Assembly: GCA_965645245.1 (NCBI GenBank) | Contig: OZ287067.1 | Coordinates: forward strand, 62,001-126,000 | Direction: 5' to 3' | Length of the DNA: 64,000 nt | DNA from: Massalongia carnosa | Lineage: Eukaryota | Part shown: positions 59,030 to 64,000 of the stretch, in pieces | How positions within the stretch are numbered: position 1 is the first letter of the stretch | How the letters are laid out: each line of letters opens with the position of its first letter | Position numbers and translations under genes: made by a program | The notes under the pieces: model-generated | What the model was told of the DNA's origin: nothing | The model's input: the letters and a program-made list of their open reading frames with translations, nothing else | Database searches by the model: none

Positions 59030-62000
59030 TGTCACAATGAAGAACCAAATAGCTTCCTGTCAAGGACTGGGTTGGGAATTGAACTAATGTTCCTAGGAAT
59101 TGGATTGGATGATCAAGATGTCTTTATTAATGAGGCTATAGCTAGGAGGTGGTTTGCTATACAAGACGTCGGACGAGGAGTCAGCTATCTACTGGATATG
59201 TCCTCTTTTTATACCTGAGCCAGCCCCTTCTTTCTCATGTTTTACCTTCACCCTAGATGAGAGATTTGGGTGATGGTGGCGGCGATAAGGTGGAGCGATA
59301 AGTGGGCCAGTGGATGTGATCGTTCTAGCGATAAGAGGGTATAGTGGAGTGAGGAGATTGGTGGAGTGGAGAAAGGGGTTTATTCAGACTCATACCGAGG
59401 ATGAATCTGAATAGGCTTTCAGGTGGCTTTTACCTCGATCGCCGCTTGGCGGTTCGGGGTAATCAATTGGGTTTTAACTCGAACTTTATTTCATGACAGT
59501 AGCTCCCCCTTCGAAGGCTGAGCTCCTGCGATGCTGGTTCAGTCATGACACTGACATCGAGGAATGAGACAAGGGATTATGTGAGGCCATGGCATGAGGG
59601 TAAGCTTCATGAAATTCATCGATTGCTTGCTGACAATTGGTTAGCAGGTTAAAAGGTTCCCATGTCATAGGATGTCCTTCCCAATTCACAAGATATTTGA
59701 GGAGCGGTGGTTGATAACGTCGATCCGTCTTTGAGTTGAGAATACTGTTGACATACCACTCGCGTTGACCGTCTGTACCGACTATAGGGTTTCGAGGTTC
59801 GTGAAGTTGGCCAGGAAGAGGATCGTCTGCATCGTGCTGCAGAAGGTTGACATGAAAAACGGGATGAACTTGTAGCGTGTCGGGAAGTTCAAGCTGAACG
59901 ATAAGAGGATTGGAAAATACTTTGGTGACCCTATAGGGGCCGGCGTGTCGATCATTCAGTTTGGCTGCCGGTCGGGCTGTCTGAAAGTTTCGAGTATTTA
60001 ACCATACCATATCATCCACGAGATAGCGGGGGCACGGGCGACGATTCTCGTTAGCGGTGGCTTCGTAGGAGGCTTGTGCGATTAACATTTCGTCATGAAG
60101 ATGAGCATCTACATCCTTCATCTTATCCACGAACTGATTAGCGGCAACTAGGTTGGCTCTTCCTTGAGCGGTCAGATCATGGGGTAGAGGTTCTTCGGGC
60201 TCGAATCCTACTCGAGGATGTTGTCCGTGATTGGCTAGGAAGGGAGAAGCGAGGATACTGGAGGAGTCGGTGTTGTTGCTAGCGAATTCAGCACCTGGTA
60301 AGTACTGAGCCCAGTCGTCTTGCATATAATTGACATAGGCTCGAAGATAGTGCTCCATGGTCGCATTAGCCCTTTCGGTTTGGCCGTCGGTTTCAGGGTG
60401 AAAGCTGGTTGATAACCTAGCATCAATCTTAAGACGTTTACACATGAGTTCCCAGAAGTCGGAGGTGAACTGAGTGCCTCGATCGGAAGTCAAGGCGTCG
60501 GGGAGTCCATGTAATTTCCACACGTTCTGATAGAAGGAGCTGGCAGCTTCTTCTGCCTCCATGGAGGTGGTAGGGACAAAGTGTCGCATCTTGGAGAGAC
60601 GGTCGATGAAGACCAGAACATATCGATAGGTGACACCCATGAAGGTACTAGGAGGCAGTGGTCCTACATAGTCCATAGAGACATCACGCCATCGACGTTC
60701 AGGCGGGGATAGAGGGCGCAGCCAGCCTTGATATCGTTGACGGGACGGTTTGGATCGCTTACAGGTGTGACAGTTGCGAATGAATCTTTTTACGGTTTGA
60801 TGCATATTGGGCCACCAGTACGATCGACTAATCAACTCATAACACTTGGAGCGGCCAGGTTGACCACCCGCTACACTGTCGTGGGAATGCTGGATGAGAC
60901 GAAGTCTCAGGCGATCTGACTTGGGTACGTACTTGCGATCGCGAAAATAAAGAACTCCATCTCTATTCTCACACTCGGCTAGCTGAATTTTAGGATGATG
61001 ACGGACGTTGTCATGGAGTGCGTCTAGGATTTTTTATGCGACTTGATCTCGAAGTTGAGCCTGTTCCCATAACAGTTGAGTGGGGACATCTAGAGGGTCT
61101 TGATCGGGATCGACTTGATCGGTAGGTTGATCCAACTGGGGTTCGCCAGCTCGGTCGGGTTCGATGAACTCGGGATTGGGTTCAATGAACTCGGGGTCGG
61201 GTTCGATGAACGTAGGGGCTAGCATTATGGTGGAGAGGAAGCTTGCTGCAACTTTATCATCTAGGTTGTGAGTTTTCAGTATGGTTTGATGCTGGTATTT
61301 TTGTCTTTCGTCGGTTTCATCCCCTCTTTAGGGAGGTCTCCTGATCGACGAGTTAATGCATCTGGCTTTCCTCCAGCTTTTCCGGGTCGATAGACTATTT
61401 TAAAGTCAAAACGAGATAAGAATTCAGACCAACGGGCCTGTCTGCGATTGAGCTGCTTCGTGGAAGCGAAGTATTCCAAGTTTTTATGGTCTGAAATTAC
61501 GCTAATGGGAAAAGCAGAGCCTTCCAACTCGGGTCTCCATTCTTCAAAGCAACGGACTATGGCCATTAACTCTTTGTCGTAGATCTCGTAGTTGCATTCG
61601 GCCGGATTGTGTTTTTTGGAGAAGTAGGCGATGGGGCGCAGCACGTTTTCATCATCATATTGCGAGAGAATACCAGCGGAGACATAATCGGAAGCGTCAG
61701 TTTCGACGATGATGGGTTTGTCAGGGTTGAAATGCAGAAGCACTTTTTCGGAGGTAAAAGCCTTTTTGAGAGTATTGAAAGCTTGCTGACATCGATCAGT
61801 CCAGTTGAACTCGACTTCCTTCTTGGTTAGATTCGTTAGTAGACCGGCTATATTACTGAAGCCATAGATGAATCTTCTATAGAAGTTAGCGAATCCCAAA
61901 AAGCTTTGAACATCCCTCACGTTGATCGGGGTTGGCCAGTTGGTTACGGTTTCGACTTTGGCAGGATTCATTCTGATACCCTCGGTGGTTACGATTAATC

Positions 62001-64000
62001 CTAGATATGCAACTTCTTTAACATGGAATTTGGATTTGGTGATGTCGCATTGTAGCCCGTTTTCTATCAATTTGTTGAGAACTCTTCTGACATGGATCTC
62101 GTGTTCACCTTCGATTTCACTATAGATAAGGATATCATCGAGATAGGCTGTACAGAAATCGTCAAGAAATTCTCGAAGAATGTCGTTGATGAAATGTTGA
62201 AAAGAGGCGGGTCCGTTGCACAGACCGAAAGGCAAGACCAGGGATTCGAATAGGCCGAAACGAGTTCGAAAGGCGGTGAGTTCCTCATCCCCCTCTTTGA
62301 TTCGAAGGCGATTAAAGGCTGCAATGATATCTAACTTGGTGAATATCTTGGCCCTGGCTAATCGATGCAGGGTTTCAGCAATCAGGGGAAGTGGATATCG
62401 ATTTTTTACGGTGACTGCATTGAGACCTCGATAGTCCACGCAAAAGCGAAGTCCTCCTTCCGGCTTTTTTACGAACATAACAGGGGACGCGGCAGGCGAT
62501 TTGCTCGCTCGAATGAAACCTTTAGCCAGGTTCTCATCCAGATAGCGACGAAGTTCTTGAATCTCATCACGGCTCATGCCGTAAAGAGCTTGATTGGGTG
62601 CCTGAAAGCCTTCTTTTAGCTTGATGGCATGGTCATAGGGTCGATGATCGGCTAAGACGTCAGAGTCTTTTTTGGAAAAGGCGTGCAATAGGTCGTGGTA
62701 TTGCTTGGGAAGGAGGAGGGCTGGATCGACGTTTTTCTGCTTGCGATATTCGTCTAATTCTTGGGCGGTCACTGATGTCTGCAGTGTCAGGGCTTGGTTC
62801 ATGCGAAACAGGGCTAGATGAAGTTCCTTTTCACTAGGACTGTGACGCGGGTTGGGTTGATAGGTTGGTTTCGGTTTATTCAGACTACTATGGCGACTGA
62901 ATTCGGTTGCGGATTAGATTTCGGTTTTGGGTTCGGTTGGGGTCACTCCGAGGAAGCGATCGATTTCTTTCAAGGAGAGGCTAAACATCTCGTGGTTTTC
63001 TTTGCGTCCGAGACAATTGAAGTTCATGGCGCTTATCTCGCAGATGTCCATGACTGAGGGTTTGATTTTTTGCTGAGCGGCGTGTCTTTCGACCGAAGTT
63101 CGTTTGGAGGAGGGGCTTCGGTATCGAATTTTTGGTGGGTTGCCTTGTTCAATCGCTTTTTCAATGCGACTGACGTCTTTCATCTCCTCCTTCACGGAGG
63201 TCTCCTGGCCGACGTTTTTGGGCGTGATTGTGATTTTTGAGGTTTCAATTGAGGTTTCAATTGAGGCTGGATTTATTTCCTCGGATTTCCACACCTCCTG
63301 ACTTTCAGCAGGCGAAAGAAATTCTTCCTCAGTATGAGCTTGTACTTTGACCGGACGAGGAGAGCAGTGAGCGAGGCAGAAAGGAGACGCCAATGATTGA
63401 GAGTTGGTGTTGAAATCGATATGGGCTTGATGCCGACGCAGCCACGGGTGTCCGAGAACAATGGGGTATGTTTTCAATCCAGTTACGAAGAGAAACATTT
63501 TTCCGTGTGTCCGTTTAGATCCATGATTACTTCGGCCGCATGAGTGATGTTTCCAGTCAGGGCCGGTTGACCGTCAAAACCTTCGAGGCGTCGAGCGTAT
63601 TTCAGAGGATGAAGAGGGATTTGATTAGTTTGCGCGAATTTCTTGTCAATGAATGCATAGCCGGATGCACCACAGTCAATCAAACTAAGAGTTTGAATTC
63701 GAGATCTACCGAGACGTAAAGTACATGAAACCACTAAGTGGCTATCTCTAAACGCCTCTTCAGACTCAAATTGCTCCAAAGCGGTTGCTGCAGAAAAGCG
63801 AGTGTTTGATCGGAGGGGGGGAGAAAAAGAATTGGCTAGCAGACAAGAAGAAATGAGAAATGGTTCCTGCGCGCGACGATGCGCAGGACCTAGGCTTTTT
63901 TCGAGTCTTCGAGCTCGGAAATGGAGGTCGTATCTGATGAGCGAAGACTGGTTTTCTTATTAGGACAGTCGATGGCTGTCTTCCCCGGGTGTTTTTGCTT
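59030..64000 (-). mobile_element. Ty3/Gypsy chromovirus LTR retrotransposon C (continues beyond the window)
   Basis: Candidate 3' LTR 59030-59498 (TGTCA...TGACA) preceded on the minus strand by PPT AAGGGGGAG; pol domains; gag end at the window edge. Confidence 0.88.
59543..63890 (-). pseudogene. Gypsy C pol (PR, RT, RNaseH, IN, chromodomain) with several stops and frameshifts
   Basis: [45 protein letters not shown] across ORFs 63483-63779, 62914-63498, 61276-62802 and 59543-60835. Confidence 0.9.

Noticed and set aside
61155..61215. FIEPDPE x3 21-nt repeat, (GAA)n at 8683-8708 and (GAGGGT)n near 27132
   Set aside because: Low-complexity slippage repeats in TE linkers or UTRs

Overview
This is eukaryotic, filamentous-ascomycete-type DNA (short GT/GC-AG introns, fungal TE families). 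Most of the window is a nested transposon pile. DNA transposons: a Fot1/pogo element, a DD34E Tc1 element plus Tc1 relics, and a Mutator (MULE). Retroelements: three chromoviral Ty3/Gypsy, three Ty1/Copia, three tyrosine-recombinase (Ngaro-type) elements, several solo LTRs and a small TRIM-like unit. Most boundaries could be fixed by TIRs/LTRs and target-site duplications (TSDs). The host DNA underneath is a partly duplicated fungal immunity (NLR) locus. The main finding is a head-to-head gene pair at 52637-56568. One gene is a spliced NB-ARC/TPR NLR whose short N-terminus (VSTGTKDFGTISGNQGTVIGDVSGYAKVIGSQTNN) aligns with the C-terminal tail (VRMGDVNFRGKIDKNRGVIMGHANSTATEGVKISGSSITN) of the neighbouring SesB-like alpha/beta-hydrolase. 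This is the layout of an amyloid-signalling receptor/effector pair, and I cannot assign the motif to the known HET-s, sigma or PP classes by eye. Other points of interest: stop-codon readthrough signals and palindromic recombination ends in the Ngaro elements, a TRIM-like unit with Pol III-like boxes, a Tc1-TPR chimeric ORF, and a RecQ-helicase relic. All calls are by manual reading; no database searches were run.
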